Below, one piece after another: positions 9,201 through 18,120 of a stretch of DNA of 31,255 nucleotides (position 1 is the stretch's first letter; every line of letters starts with the position of its first letter). The DNA is from a virus. Its lineage: Duplodnaviria > Heunggongvirae > Uroviricota > Caudoviricetes. A program made the position numbers and the translations under genes. The notes under the pieces were generated by a model. The model saw only the letters and a list, made by a program, of their open reading frames with translations. It was not told the origin of the DNA and searched no databases. The stretch lies in IMG/VR virus record IMGVR_UViG_3300006201_000009; one strand, given 5' to 3'.

Positions 9201-10611
9201 GTGGAAGAGGGTTCTCGCTGATTCAAGATTTTCGTCAGAAGTGGAGAAACTACAACAACTTGCTGATTCACAAGGCGTATCCATGGACGCTATTACAGCA
9301 GCGGCTCCACAGTTCTTAGACTATTTGAAACAAATAGGTGTATATACGGATGGCGATACAGAGTCTACTAATGCGCTAATTGAAAGCATAAAAGAGTTAA
9401 GAAAGCGTCTTGAGGCTAAAACCAAAATTACATTTACCGATGATATCGATATAATGCAAGACAAATTCGATAGTCTCAACAACGGCTTAAAAGACATTGA
9501 TAAAACTGGCATAATTTCGATGGATAATATTGCCAAAATTATTGATAAAGATGCCGAAGGATATCCTACTCTTCTTGCTAAATACTTCAAATATGTTGAT
9601 GGTATTGGTTACCAATTGGCTGACGAGTGGGCTAATAAAACAAAGTCAGAAATCTTCAATGCTATGGCGCGAGATGAAATACAAGCCTACGCAGACGAAC
9701 TCAGCGAGGCACAAGACATACTTGCCTCAATGGAAGCCGACGACGAGGATTACGCAACAGCAACGAACAATGTTGCAGTCGCCCAGGAAAATCTCAATAC
9801 GAAAATTACGGAGTGGGCAACGTTACTTCGTGAACAAGCAATCGAAGATGAAACCGATAGGTTAAATAAGTTGCAAGATGCGCTTGAAGAGCAGGGCGAC
9901 AAATATAAGGAATTGATTGATATCCGTAAGGATTTACTTGAAACATACAAGGATGAGATCAAATATCAAAAAGAATTGGCGCAGAAGCAGAAGAATGTAG
10001 CAGATTTACAGACGCAACTATCATTGGCTATGCTCGATAAATCTGCTGCTGGTCAATCTAAGGTCAGAGACTTGCAAGAGCAATTAACCGATGCGAGAGA
10101 CGAGTTGGACGAATACACTCTTAACAGGGCGATTGAGGATTTAACAAAGCAGCTTGATGAAGATTACGATGCTTATGAAATATTCCTACAAGAGCAAATC
10201 GATAGGATAATTGATGAAATTGCCAATCTTGCATCGACGTTCAAAATTGATTTTACTCCAAACGATGACGGAAGCTATACCATTAAACAACATCATAGTG
10301 GCGGGTTTGTCGGAGATGTTGCCTCTTTAAGAAGTAATGAAGAATTTGCTAAATTGCTGAAGGGTGAGCTGGTAGTGACATCACAACAAATGGACACATT
10401 TATGAAAAAGACTCTACCGAGTATGCTCGCTTATAACAGTGGTGGCGCTGCAATTATCAACAATAATTCTCCGCTGATAGAAATAAAGTGTGGCGATATT
10501 GATAAGGATTCGATGCCACAATTGAAATCTCTTGTAGATCAAGCTGTTGCAAAGATTGAGAAAAATATGCAAACAGCGTTGGCAAGAACGGGGTACAAGA
10601 AAAAATACTAA
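6250..10611 (+). CDS. tail tape measure protein with TP901-type core
   Basis: 1453-aa helical, Ala-rich protein. Core KIDAAMTELRIITG...YARLGF...VLDQMIWVGNSFAIS..EIGEAM..AASAL...TAVRTIAARI, central hydrophobic segments, C-terminal HHSGGFVG...LLKGELVVT. Confidence 0.92.
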   Translation: MADNVIGIKFGVAGGKGFLAGSSGALIKEQLEYIANRIKLKVNINKTYFKSQLTALKKELDKTLGDLNINVRANVKTEGQGGSSGGGGDKQEQVASYESVTKALERLYQTKVKLLKLPKADDGSFSSVAGVKANADANNLDKQFREQLEALEKLEGVDKERVQYIKEYREQLEQAYQLQKQAAETPIQQQVQMATPTDIAKLQRMSASLYVDNGFDDVIARSKEAKKLVDEFSASLNEALNQGGGQLTKEKVKELNAQFMQTQARLKEIQRETDTLGNKIKEAFDSRVIQRIAQTLLLLLLRALKQVYDNVKKIDAAMTELRIITGATAKEMDAAARSIAKSAKEIGASVVDLTNSTSTYARLGFGLEDAELLAKKTTMYANISGVNVDEATTNITGIIKAYNIGAEGLENVLDQMIWVGNSFAISQAEIGEAMNNAASALASNGNTLQEAIGIVTAANASLQNVSKSSTAVRTIAARISASTAELQELGEDAGDILSTADLDRKMRAFGVSISGANGELRSTYAILGDLAAKWGDFNDAERAAIADMLAGTRQQNAFYSIMQNWNDAASVVENATQGVGALQDAQEIYIDSIEGKSNQLKAAWEEFSTSLLDSGIVKFFIDLLSVIAKVLNAILSLGNGFMANGAIMAAAVIGVIAMINKLIPAFKNMRLQFKLLQTELGVTATGIKGFFATVGTAIQKFLAKNAPILIITTILTLMTSLSGQARGWAELIAGAVALIATAIIIAVKGVDATIKGFMATNPIGWILLAISAVVSVVKGIFDLIEAFNPSYETLKEAAKESIDAWKDAEDELDEVKDKLAEINEQIDAINKKDNISLVDKEELKYLEEQKANLEAIEATKAEEAKRAKQKAASDAAGALGKYNDTHTVDDAPWWEWLLIGPFAFIHQGIAWGSDTYEEKFNEILKNYQSASQEDKDFITSTLKEYGEMLDGFEFGDSAELDTYLAQYYRMIDSYNLQTGNAAQTWKRVLADSRFSSEVEKLQQLADSQGVSMDAITAAAPQFLDYLKQIGVYTDGDTESTNALIESIKELRKRLEAKTKITFTDDIDIMQDKFDSLNNGLKDIDKTGIISMDNIAKIIDKDAEGYPTLLAKYFKYVDGIGYQLADEWANKTKSEIFNAMARDEIQAYADELSEAQDILASMEADDEDYATATNNVAVAQENLNTKITEWATLLREQAIEDETDRLNKLQDALEEQGDKYKELIDIRKDLLETYKDEIKYQKELAQKQKNVADLQTQLSLAMLDKSAAGQSKVRDLQEQLTDARDELDEYTLNRAIEDLTKQLDEDYDAYEIFLQEQIDRIIDEIANLASTFKIDFTPNDDGSYTIKQHHSGGFVGDVASLRSNEEFAKLLKGELVVTSQQMDTFMKKTLPSMLAYNSGGAAIINNNSPLIEIKCGDIDKDSMPQLKSLVDQAVAKIEKNMQTALARTGYKKKY

Positions 10612-10617
10612 TGTTGC

Positions 10618-10644
10618 GAGAGCAGGCTTATGTGGTCTGCTCTC
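10618..10644 (+). other. stem-loop between the tape measure and distal tail genes, no U-tract
   Basis: GAGAGCAGGCT-tatgt-GGTCTGCTCTC (11 bp, two G-U). Confidence 0.6.
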
Positions 10645-10675
10645 TAATATATAAAATTAAAAAGGAGGGCATAAG

Positions 10676-11452
10676 ATGTTAACTGCTACGGAATTTATCT
10701 ACGATGGTGTATGTTCAGCAAAATATGGATTAAAAATTGCAAGCTTTGATGGTTCTGTGCTTGAAGAAACACCATACATTGTGCCAAATATTGCAGTCGC
10801 AAAAGCGGCGGCATCAAAAAAATTTCATTATCTTGACAGGACATACGATAGCCCACCGACATTTGACTTCTCTATTGTTAGCGAGGAAAGTATTCATGAA
10901 GAAATATTGAGAGAAGTGCTAATTTGGCTGGATGCTCGTAGGGGATTTAAGCCGTTCATAGTAATGCAACAAGGGTTCGACGATTTGACTTATAACTGCA
11001 TCTTTACGGTAACAAGTTTAATTTATCACGCAGGATATTGCGTCGGCTTAAACTTATCGGCAACGTTTGACTCTAATTATGTTTTAGGCAAACCTATAGA
11101 GATAATTTTATTTGGCAACGGTGAACCGCAAGATGTTGATTTGTACAACGATTCTGATAATATTGATACTTACATTTTCCCGAAGGTGGAATTCGATACC
11201 TCGGATGGTGCCGTGTCAATTATAAATACAACAGATGACCGCGTGCGAGAATTTGCTTTCTCGGGACTAAACCCTAACACGCAATATGTCGTCGATAATG
11301 AATTAAAAATTATTACAGGTGAGGGCAGAAATTTGCTCGAGAAGTTTACAAAGAATTGGTTACGCATTCTTCGTGGGAAAAACCGTTTGCGAGTTCGTAT
11401 CAATGGAGCTATTACAATCACCTGTCCAAGATATATCAAAATAAGTTTTTAA
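10676..11452 (+). CDS. distal tail protein (Dit)
   Basis: 258 aa directly after the tape measure gene. F.YDG..S..YGL, LYNDSDNIDTYIFPKVEF and WLRILRGKNRL are typical Dit features. Confidence 0.8.
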   Translation: MLTATEFIYDGVCSAKYGLKIASFDGSVLEETPYIVPNIAVAKAAASKKFHYLDRTYDSPPTFDFSIVSEESIHEEILREVLIWLDARRGFKPFIVMQQGFDDLTYNCIFTVTSLIYHAGYCVGLNLSATFDSNYVLGKPIEIILFGNGEPQDVDLYNDSDNIDTYIFPKVEFDTSDGAVSIINTTDDRVREFAFSGLNPNTQYVVDNELKIITGEGRNLLEKFTKNWLRILRGKNRLRVRINGAITITCPRYIKISF

Positions 11453-11470
11453 TACAAAGGGAGGTAAGGT

Positions 11471-14400
11471 ATGATAAGTAGTTTTGATTACTACAAGAAA
11501 ATTGAGAGCCCGAATATGTACTTGTGTAATCCAGACAAGCGACCTATTTGTGCTTTGAATGCGGAAAATAGGCACTTGATATTACGGTTTAACGATTTAT
11601 CACAGTTGACTTTTACCGTTCCTAAAATTGCTGGTACCGAGGATAATTATGCTTTGGTCGAGTCTAAGCGCTTACTCTTTATCGAAAAAATTGGCTGGTT
11701 TCAAATTGAAAGCGTGCACGAAACTACAAATGGCGAGCAGTGTGAGAAAGAGGTTACAGCACAGTCACATCAATATGCGTTAAAGAATAGAGGGTTCATT
11801 ACAGAAGAAAGAGTTTATATGTTCTATAACCCCAATGACCCTTTTGACGAAAAATATGATAGTGGTAATCTGGCGGCAATGCCGTCCGTAGTTGGACAGC
11901 TTTATCAGCAGGCGGGAATAAAAATTGCCTTGAACACAGCCGATATTGAAGCAACGGAAGATAAAATAGAGTGGACTATAACCTATGTTGACCCCATTCT
12001 TAAATTCAAGGCTAAAAGCTATGGAAAAATGTATGAGTCCGCAGATGGTTATGAAAACGTATGCCGTAGCTTTGAAGCGAATGAAAACCTAAACGGATAC
12101 GATTTTATCATAAATAACGTGGAAGCGGCGTTTGAGGTTATATTTGAGTTTGATTTTCTTTATCACACAATCAAAATTAAAACACTTGACGCGATTACGC
12201 TACCTACAGATATATATCTATCTTTTGACAATATTATAAATAATTTAACGATTAAAGAGAACTCAGAGGATATTGTAACTGTAATGTCCTGTAACGGAGG
12301 CAGCCTTGATATAAGAACCGTTAATCCAATGGGGACAAATTATATCGTTGATTTTGAGTATTATAAAAAAAGAGAAAGCGATGATGGTAAAATAAAATTT
12401 CCTTGGATGTCAGAAGAGCTAATTAACGCACTCGACGAATGGAAAGCAGAGTGGGGTAAATGGAAAGATAGCTATAGCAATCTCGTCACAAGATTACAGG
12501 CTTTGTATGTCGAACAATCAAAGGCTGACGAAGAAATACGAACGTCAAACCTTAAGTTAACCGATATGCAGGCGGCACGCGATCAATATATCAATAATGA
12601 AGATGAAGATATTGAGGGTGCGGGTATTATCACCGGCGAAGTTGTTGCTATTGGTTCAAAAAGCCTAAAACAAGGAACAACATTTTACAACTCTGAATTT
12701 ACCGAAAACTCGGTTATAATTGGCTACACAGAAATGCCAAAGATGACAAAGAGCGACGATGGCATTTATACGTTTTCATTTTTAGCCGATGGCACTCGTG
12801 GAACTGCTAACAGCTTGATACAAAACTACTATGAAGAAGAAAGTGGTTTCGATGGCGTCCCTATACCGATGTATTTTATGGACGGAGATAGCCGTAGCTA
12901 TTGCAAGCTAAATATTGATAGTATTGTTGAGGTCGCAAAAGATAATAATGGCGACCCAATGTATTTCACGCACAAATCTGGTGATGGTTTGGGTGCAAAA
13001 ACTGGCTATATCAGCATAGACGGTACAGAATTTGTCGTATCAAAATCAAGCACCACTGATGTATTCACTATATCTTGTGGTACTTTGTCGGTGAGATTTA
13101 CATCAAATTCGTATTTTGTTTACAACGGAGTACGTTATAGGGTTTTGGCAAGTGCCGACGGTATTGTTTCCTTGTACCGCTACTATGTTTCTGGGTTTGA
13201 TAGATTCACAACATATAAAGAAACCGCCGGTGTTGGCGGTTGGTGTGATATATGGGAAAATTATATAAAGACTACTCTTGCTGCAACTCTTAATGCGATT
13301 AACACACAAATAAATAGTATCACACAGGAAATGAATCGCATAAGCGAAATCTGCAACATCCAAAAGTTTATCAAAAGAAAGGGAGATGGGTTATACGACG
13401 AACTTTCAAACTATTGGATAGAAGGCGAATATACAAACGATAATATCGCTACGCATGATTCGACAACAATGTCAGAACGTATTGATCTCGCTAAAGGGTT
13501 AATGGCGGCGGGAGAAATCGATTTAAGTAAAAGCGCTCAACCGAAATTCGAGATGAGCGTTGATGCAATTAACTTTATAAAGATGTACGAGTTCAGGCAA
13601 TTTACGCAGGAGCTCGTCCTTGGAAAAACAATAACAATCGAAAAATCGGATGGCGTGTACTATCGCCCAGCGTTAATGTCGATTGAGTATGACTTGGATG
13701 TAGCGGATAGCTTCACGATGACATTCTCAAACGCATCGAAGCCTGGCGATACAGCAATGACGTTTGCAGACCTTATTAAGGAGTCGTCTTCAACTTCAAG
13801 GACTGTAGCCGCGAACTGGTCGAACTTGACTGATTATACGCGCAACAAAGAAAGTATTACGAACATGATTGAGGCACCGTTAGACAGAACGTTACGAGCC
13901 GCGCAGGCGAATATGGCATCGCAAGCATTTATAATTGACGATACAGGTATCCTTGGTAGAAAGTATGATACTGATTTTGATGAGTCTAATGGAACATTGT
14001 CGCCAAAGCAATTGCGCATAATGAATAACGTTATAATCTTTACCGATGACAATTGGGAAACCGCGAAGACAGCGCTTGGGGAAATTGTTCTACCTGATGG
14101 TACGGCGTCTTATGGGCTAATAGCGGAAACAATAATTGGCAATATTATTCTTGGTGATAACGTTATCGCATCAAATAACGACGGTAGCGTAACTTTAACC
14201 GGAAATGGAATAGTCATCAAGAACGCATCTGGCGATGTGGTGCTTGAAGCACTTAATAATGGCAATATAACCATCAAGAACTATGCCTCTCAGTCAGACC
14301 TTGACGCGCTTGGAAAGAGGGTTGGCGCGGCTGAAACTTCTATAGAAGCAAATGCTCAAGCCATTACATTAAAAGCCTCTCAGTCAGACCTTGACGCGCT

Positions 14401-15775
14401 TGGAAAGAGGGTTGGCAATGCCGAAACAGCTATACAGCAAACCGCAAACGAAATCACCGCATACGCAAAAAAGAAAGAGGGCGACACATCAGATGAGTTT
14501 AGCTATGTTTTAGCGCCTACTGGGTTTACTCTTAGAAATGGTAATTCCATAGTTTTTAATTGCGATAAAGATGGAATTACAATAAATGGTTCGGGGACGT
14601 TCTCGGGAACGATAAATGCTTCAAGCGGTTCTTTTACTGGAAATGTCAATGCAACAAGCGGTTCAATAGGCGCTTTTGAAATAACTAACGATGGATTGGA
14701 AAGCGAATACATTAAATTAAACAGCAAAGAAATCCGGTTTCCTATACAGTCAAGTTTTAATCTAAATGATGAGGTTTCGATTTACACATCTCAGGCAGGG
14801 GGCGTAAACACTTCGTATATTACAACAGTAAACACATCGGACTTCGTTATTCAAAACTTAACGGGAGCCGGAATAAAGTTTAGTAAAGATAAGACCGCCG
14901 TTACTCAAACGATTACCTTAACTTTTAATGGTCCGAATTTATCGGGTGCTGGCGATATGGGGAACGCATTGGTCGTTAACCATAGTATTCCATCACCGTC
15001 TGGCGGGTGGGCTTATAGTTACGATTTTAATTATACTGCATCATTATCCGCGGCATTACCATATCCATATTCAAAAACGGTGTACGTTCGATATTTATAT
15101 AACATTGTCAAAACCGAATATCGCGTCAAGGCAATAACTTTAAGCTTTCCGGCGTTTACAACAAGTATAAGCGGTAGCGCTAACTTAGATTCGTTAGATG
15201 AGGTTAAAACTCGTTACAATCCCAATGATAGTCGTTTTGAAACGGGCGTATATTTTTCTTCATATGGAAGCCGCACTAATCAAGCGAGCTCCACAGTTAC
15301 TTCTTTTAGTTCCACAAATAATACTCTATACTCTCTTGGCAATTTTAGCCCACAAGAAGATAGAAAATACTCATTGGGCGCAAACGGTAATGCGTGGGGC
15401 AACCTTTACTTGTACAGTGGCACACAAGTAGGTAGCGACATTAGATTAAAAAATTCAATAGAAAAACTGTCCGATAGGTACAATGCGTTCTTCGACAATC
15501 TTACTCCAGTAAGTTACATCCTAAACAATGGGACTTCTCATAGAAAGCACATAGGCTTTATTGCGCAAGATGTAGAAGCCAGCCTAAATAAAGCTGATAT
15601 AGATACTAAAGATTTTGCTGGTTTGTGTGTGCCATCCGAGGGCGAGCTATATTATATGTTGAGATATGAGGAATTTATTGCGCTCAATACGGCACAAATA
15701 CAACAGTTGAAATCTAAAGTAAACAGCCTTGAAAAAGAAATCTCTTCATTGCGGAATACTACCAAAAATATTTAG
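11471..15775 (+). CDS. tail tip/central fibre protein (Tal-like) with C-terminal peptidase S74-type intramolecular chaperone
   Basis: Follows Dit. N-terminal tail-hub region (LRFNDLSQLTFTVP), later Gly-rich GSGTFSGTINASSGSFTG.IGAFEI segment, then GSDIRLKNSI...HIGFIAQDVE...LRYEEFIAL and a terminal coiled coil, the S74 pattern. Confidence 0.85.
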   Translation: MISSFDYYKKIESPNMYLCNPDKRPICALNAENRHLILRFNDLSQLTFTVPKIAGTEDNYALVESKRLLFIEKIGWFQIESVHETTNGEQCEKEVTAQSHQYALKNRGFITEERVYMFYNPNDPFDEKYDSGNLAAMPSVVGQLYQQAGIKIALNTADIEATEDKIEWTITYVDPILKFKAKSYGKMYESADGYENVCRSFEANENLNGYDFIINNVEAAFEVIFEFDFLYHTIKIKTLDAITLPTDIYLSFDNIINNLTIKENSEDIVTVMSCNGGSLDIRTVNPMGTNYIVDFEYYKKRESDDGKIKFPWMSEELINALDEWKAEWGKWKDSYSNLVTRLQALYVEQSKADEEIRTSNLKLTDMQAARDQYINNEDEDIEGAGIITGEVVAIGSKSLKQGTTFYNSEFTENSVIIGYTEMPKMTKSDDGIYTFSFLADGTRGTANSLIQNYYEEESGFDGVPIPMYFMDGDSRSYCKLNIDSIVEVAKDNNGDPMYFTHKSGDGLGAKTGYISIDGTEFVVSKSSTTDVFTISCGTLSVRFTSNSYFVYNGVRYRVLASADGIVSLYRYYVSGFDRFTTYKETAGVGGWCDIWENYIKTTLAATLNAINTQINSITQEMNRISEICNIQKFIKRKGDGLYDELSNYWIEGEYTNDNIATHDSTTMSERIDLAKGLMAAGEIDLSKSAQPKFEMSVDAINFIKMYEFRQFTQELVLGKTITIEKSDGVYYRPALMSIEYDLDVADSFTMTFSNASKPGDTAMTFADLIKESSSTSRTVAANWSNLTDYTRNKESITNMIEAPLDRTLRAAQANMASQAFIIDDTGILGRKYDTDFDESNGTLSPKQLRIMNNVIIFTDDNWETAKTALGEIVLPDGTASYGLIAETIIGNIILGDNVIASNNDGSVTLTGNGIVIKNASGDVVLEALNNGNITIKNYASQSDLDALGKRVGAAETSIEANAQAITLKASQSDLDALGKRVGNAETAIQQTANEITAYAKKKEGDTSDEFSYVLAPTGFTLRNGNSIVFNCDKDGITINGSGTFSGTINASSGSFTGNVNATSGSIGAFEITNDGLESEYIKLNSKEIRFPIQSSFNLNDEVSIYTSQAGGVNTSYITTVNTSDFVIQNLTGAGIKFSKDKTAVTQTITLTFNGPNLSGAGDMGNALVVNHSIPSPSGGWAYSYDFNYTASLSAALPYPYSKTVYVRYLYNIVKTEYRVKAITLSFPAFTTSISGSANLDSLDEVKTRYNPNDSRFETGVYFSSYGSRTNQASSTVTSFSSTNNTLYSLGNFSPQEDRKYSLGANGNAWGNLYLYSGTQVGSDIRLKNSIEKLSDRYNAFFDNLTPVSYILNNGTSHRKHIGFIAQDVEASLNKADIDTKDFAGLCVPSEGELYYMLRYEEFIALNTAQIQQLKSKVNSLEKEISSLRNTTKNI
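14285..14416 (+). repeat. two identical 42-bp direct repeats 90 bp apart inside the tail tip gene
   Basis: GCCTCTCAGTCAGACCTTGACGCGCTTGGAAAGAGGGTTGGC at 14285-14326 and 14375-14416. Each encodes ASQSDLDALGKRVG. Confidence 0.95.
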
Positions 15776-16274
15776 AGATAAGAGAAAAATAAAGCGGCGA
15801 GGGCTTTGCGTCATATATTCCAAAAACAACAAAGCCTTCAAATTCTCCAGTTGGCGAGATTACACAATCTATGCTTGCTATATCAATAAACGATGTTTGG
15901 CAACATACTTTTATGGAGAACGTATATCCCGCCAACTCTAAGGATGTATATCCAGCTGTGTCTATTCGTATTTCAAAAGGATAAAACTGTTCACTAACAA
16001 CATCGTTAGTACTAATTATATTTTTCTTGACTAATTTAGCCGTGATGGATGAAATATGGAATGTATATTCTTTGTCTACTTCCGGATGGATTTCACTGTT
16101 TGGTGTCAGTATATAGTCGAACTCACAGTTGGGGTAGACGGGGATAGCATCTCCAACTTCCATTTTAGAAAGGTCTACGGTGTAGTTATCGTATTCATCG
16201 TCTGAACAGCCAGCGATACCGAGACAAGTAAAAAATAAAATAAGACTTAATAACATGGAACTAAATTTTTTCAT
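15759..16274 (-). CDS. predicted lipoprotein, candidate moron/superinfection-exclusion protein
   Basis: ATG at 16274 with RBS GGAGG. Signal peptide MKKFSSMLLSLILFFTCLGIAG-C has a lipobox. Orientation is opposite to the tail operon, and the 3' end overlaps the tail tip gene by 17 nt. Confidence 0.75.
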   Translation of the reverse strand: MKKFSSMLLSLILFFTCLGIAGCSDDEYDNYTVDLSKMEVGDAIPVYPNCEFDYILTPNSEIHPEVDKEYTFHISSITAKLVKKNIISTNDVVSEQFYPFEIRIDTAGYTSLELAGYTFSIKVCCQTSFIDIASIDCVISPTGEFEGFVVFGIYDAKPSPLYFSLISKYFW

Positions 16275-16301
16275 AATAACCTCCAATGAAAAGACTGTTT
16301 A

Positions 16302-16330
16302 ATTATAACACTTTTTCTGCGGAAAATCAA
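16302..16330 (-). promoter_or_regulatory. sigma70/sigmaA-type promoter of the lipoprotein gene
   Basis: Minus strand reads TTGATT-17 nt-TATAAT with an extended -10 (TGtTATAAT), 28 nt upstream of the ATG. TTTTC-N4-GAAAA (16313-16326) abuts the -35 box. Confidence 0.75.
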
Positions 16331-16340
16331 TGTATATAGG

Positions 16341-16368
16341 ATACTCGACGCATTTTTGTGTCGAGTAT
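16341..16368 (+). terminator. stem-loop between the lipoprotein promoter and the side-fibre genes
   Basis: ATACTCGACGCA-tttt-TGTGTCGAGTAT (12 bp, one G-U) followed by TTAT. The U-tract is weak. Confidence 0.5.
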
Positions 16369-16402
16369 TTATAAGTCAACAAGGAAATAAAGGAGACAAT
16401 CA

Positions 16403-16780
16403 ATGAAGCTAAACAAATTATTACAAGCGAGACGTGTTCTTTCGGAGCACGCCAACGAGCCAATTCCAACAATGTTGGCTTATAAGATACTGAAATTTAT
16501 GAAGGCGTCCGATACAGAAGGCGCCTTTTATGACGCCAAGCTACAAGAGATAATTGAAAAGTTTGGCAAAAAAGATGAAAATGGGAATATAACTTATGCA
16601 AATGGTCGTGTAAGTGTCAACAGCGAAAATATTGATGAATGTCAAAAAGCAATAAGGGAATTAGGTGAGACCGAAATTGATGCACCCACTATAACCTTCA
16701 CTGTTCGTGAACTTACGCCAATCAATTTTTCAGTATCAGAGCTGTACTCGCTTGATGAATTCATAATAGAGGAGGGATAA
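16403..16780 (+). CDS. small conserved tail-associated protein
   Basis: 125 aa with RBS AAGGAG. The LAYKILK...LQEIIEKFGKKDENG...IDECQKAIREL.ETEI pattern is common beside phage tail-fibre genes. Confidence 0.65.
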   Translation: MKLNKLLQARRVLSEHANEPIPTMLAYKILKFMKASDTEGAFYDAKLQEIIEKFGKKDENGNITYANGRVSVNSENIDECQKAIRELGETEIDAPTITFTVRELTPINFSVSELYSLDEFIIEEG

Positions 16781-16781
16781 T

Positions 16782-18119
16782 ATGCAATTTGATTTATTGG
16801 GTAAAGCCGTAAGACGTTTCCGCTTGCCGGCAGCCGATTACATAGGTGCCCCAGTAATTATAATCCCCGTACAAGAAGGTGATGTTAATTCAAGATATTT
16901 TGAAATAACAATGTATGATGATCGTGGCGATATGGATTTAAGCATTTATAATAAAGCAATACTTAGTGGTTCAACACCATCGGGCGTAGTGCTTACATCC
17001 ACAAAATGCGAGATAAGCGACGATAAAAAATCGGTTATAGTTCAATTTGGTGGTGGATTTACTGCAAGAACTGGACGTGTCGCTTGCGATATTATGTTTA
17101 CAAATTCGGATGCTACGGTATGTCTAACAACACAAACATTTTATGTAATTGTGTCAGAATCTCAATCGGGGAAAATAATCACCGAAAATGATGATGATTA
17201 TAATGAACTATTAACGCTTTTGAAAGAGGTGAGCTCACTTGAAAGCAGAATACAGGAAGCGGAAAATAGTAGGGTGGAAGCGGAGACTGCTCGCTCCGGC
17301 GCAGAATCAAAAAGAGCAGAAGCTGAAAGCATAAGAAAACAATCAGAAGATACTCGAGTTGCGCAAGAAAAAATCAGACAGGATAATGAGGCGGAACGCA
17401 TCACAAATGAAAATGCGCGTAAGGACTCCGAGTCAAACCGTGCAACAGCTGAGGATGCTCGCGTATCCGCGGAGTCCGATAGGGCGACCGCAGAGAGTAC
17501 GAGAGAAGACGCCGAAGATGAACGTGCCATGGCGGAAACCAAAAGGAACGAGAATGAAGACAAGCGTAAAGCATCAGAGACGATGCGTGAAAGTGCAGAA
17601 AATACACGCGCCACCAACGAAGATGAAAGAGTTGCCGCAGAAGAATCTCGCAAAAACGCTGAGACAGACAGGCAAACGCAAGAAACTGCACGTCAGACGA
17701 GCGAGGACGAGCGTGAAACAAATGAGCTTGAACGCATAGAAGCTGAAGAAACCCGCGCTGATGGGGAAGATGCCCGCGTATTAGCCGAGGCGTCAAGGGT
17801 ATCCGCAGAAACAAGCAGAGCGCAAGCTGAAACGGATAGGAGCACCGCAGAACAAACAAGACAATCGAACGAAACAAACCGCGAGACAACAGAAGCACAA
17901 CGTGTATCGGCAGAGACGGCAAGGGTGGCTGCTGAGACCAAGAGAGAAGAAGATTTTCAGGCAGCAAAAGAGGATTGCGAGAGCGCAACAAATGATGCTA
18001 ATAGTGCCGCACGAGATGTAAGAGATTTATTAGATGCGCTTCCGTGCCCTACAAATAAAATTGACGGTGAAGTTACCACGCCATTTATAGCGTTGAACTT
18101 TGTCGCATTGGAGGACTAA
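16782..18119 (+). CDS. BppU-like baseplate upper/side-fibre protein with long E-x-x-R heptad coiled coil
   Basis: N-terminal QEGDVNSRYFEITM.D....DLS...FTARTGRV.CDI matches the BppU N-domain pattern. About 230 aa of AExxRxxAExxR repeats follow at ~17250-17955. Confidence 0.75.
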   Translation: MQFDLLGKAVRRFRLPAADYIGAPVIIIPVQEGDVNSRYFEITMYDDRGDMDLSIYNKAILSGSTPSGVVLTSTKCEISDDKKSVIVQFGGGFTARTGRVACDIMFTNSDATVCLTTQTFYVIVSESQSGKIITENDDDYNELLTLLKEVSSLESRIQEAENSRVEAETARSGAESKRAEAESIRKQSEDTRVAQEKIRQDNEAERITNENARKDSESNRATAEDARVSAESDRATAESTREDAEDERAMAETKRNENEDKRKASETMRESAENTRATNEDERVAAEESRKNAETDRQTQETARQTSEDERETNELERIEAEETRADGEDARVLAEASRVSAETSRAQAETDRSTAEQTRQSNETNRETTEAQRVSAETARVAAETKREEDFQAAKEDCESATNDANSAARDVRDLLDALPCPTNKIDGEVTTPFIALNFVALED

Positions 18120-18120
18120 C

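Noticed and set aside
17198-17991. Several long alternative-frame and antisense ORFs over the BppU repeat region, and 3422-4099 over the major tail gene
   Set aside because: They are shadows of repetitive or biased coding sequence, with no RBS or recognisable motifs.
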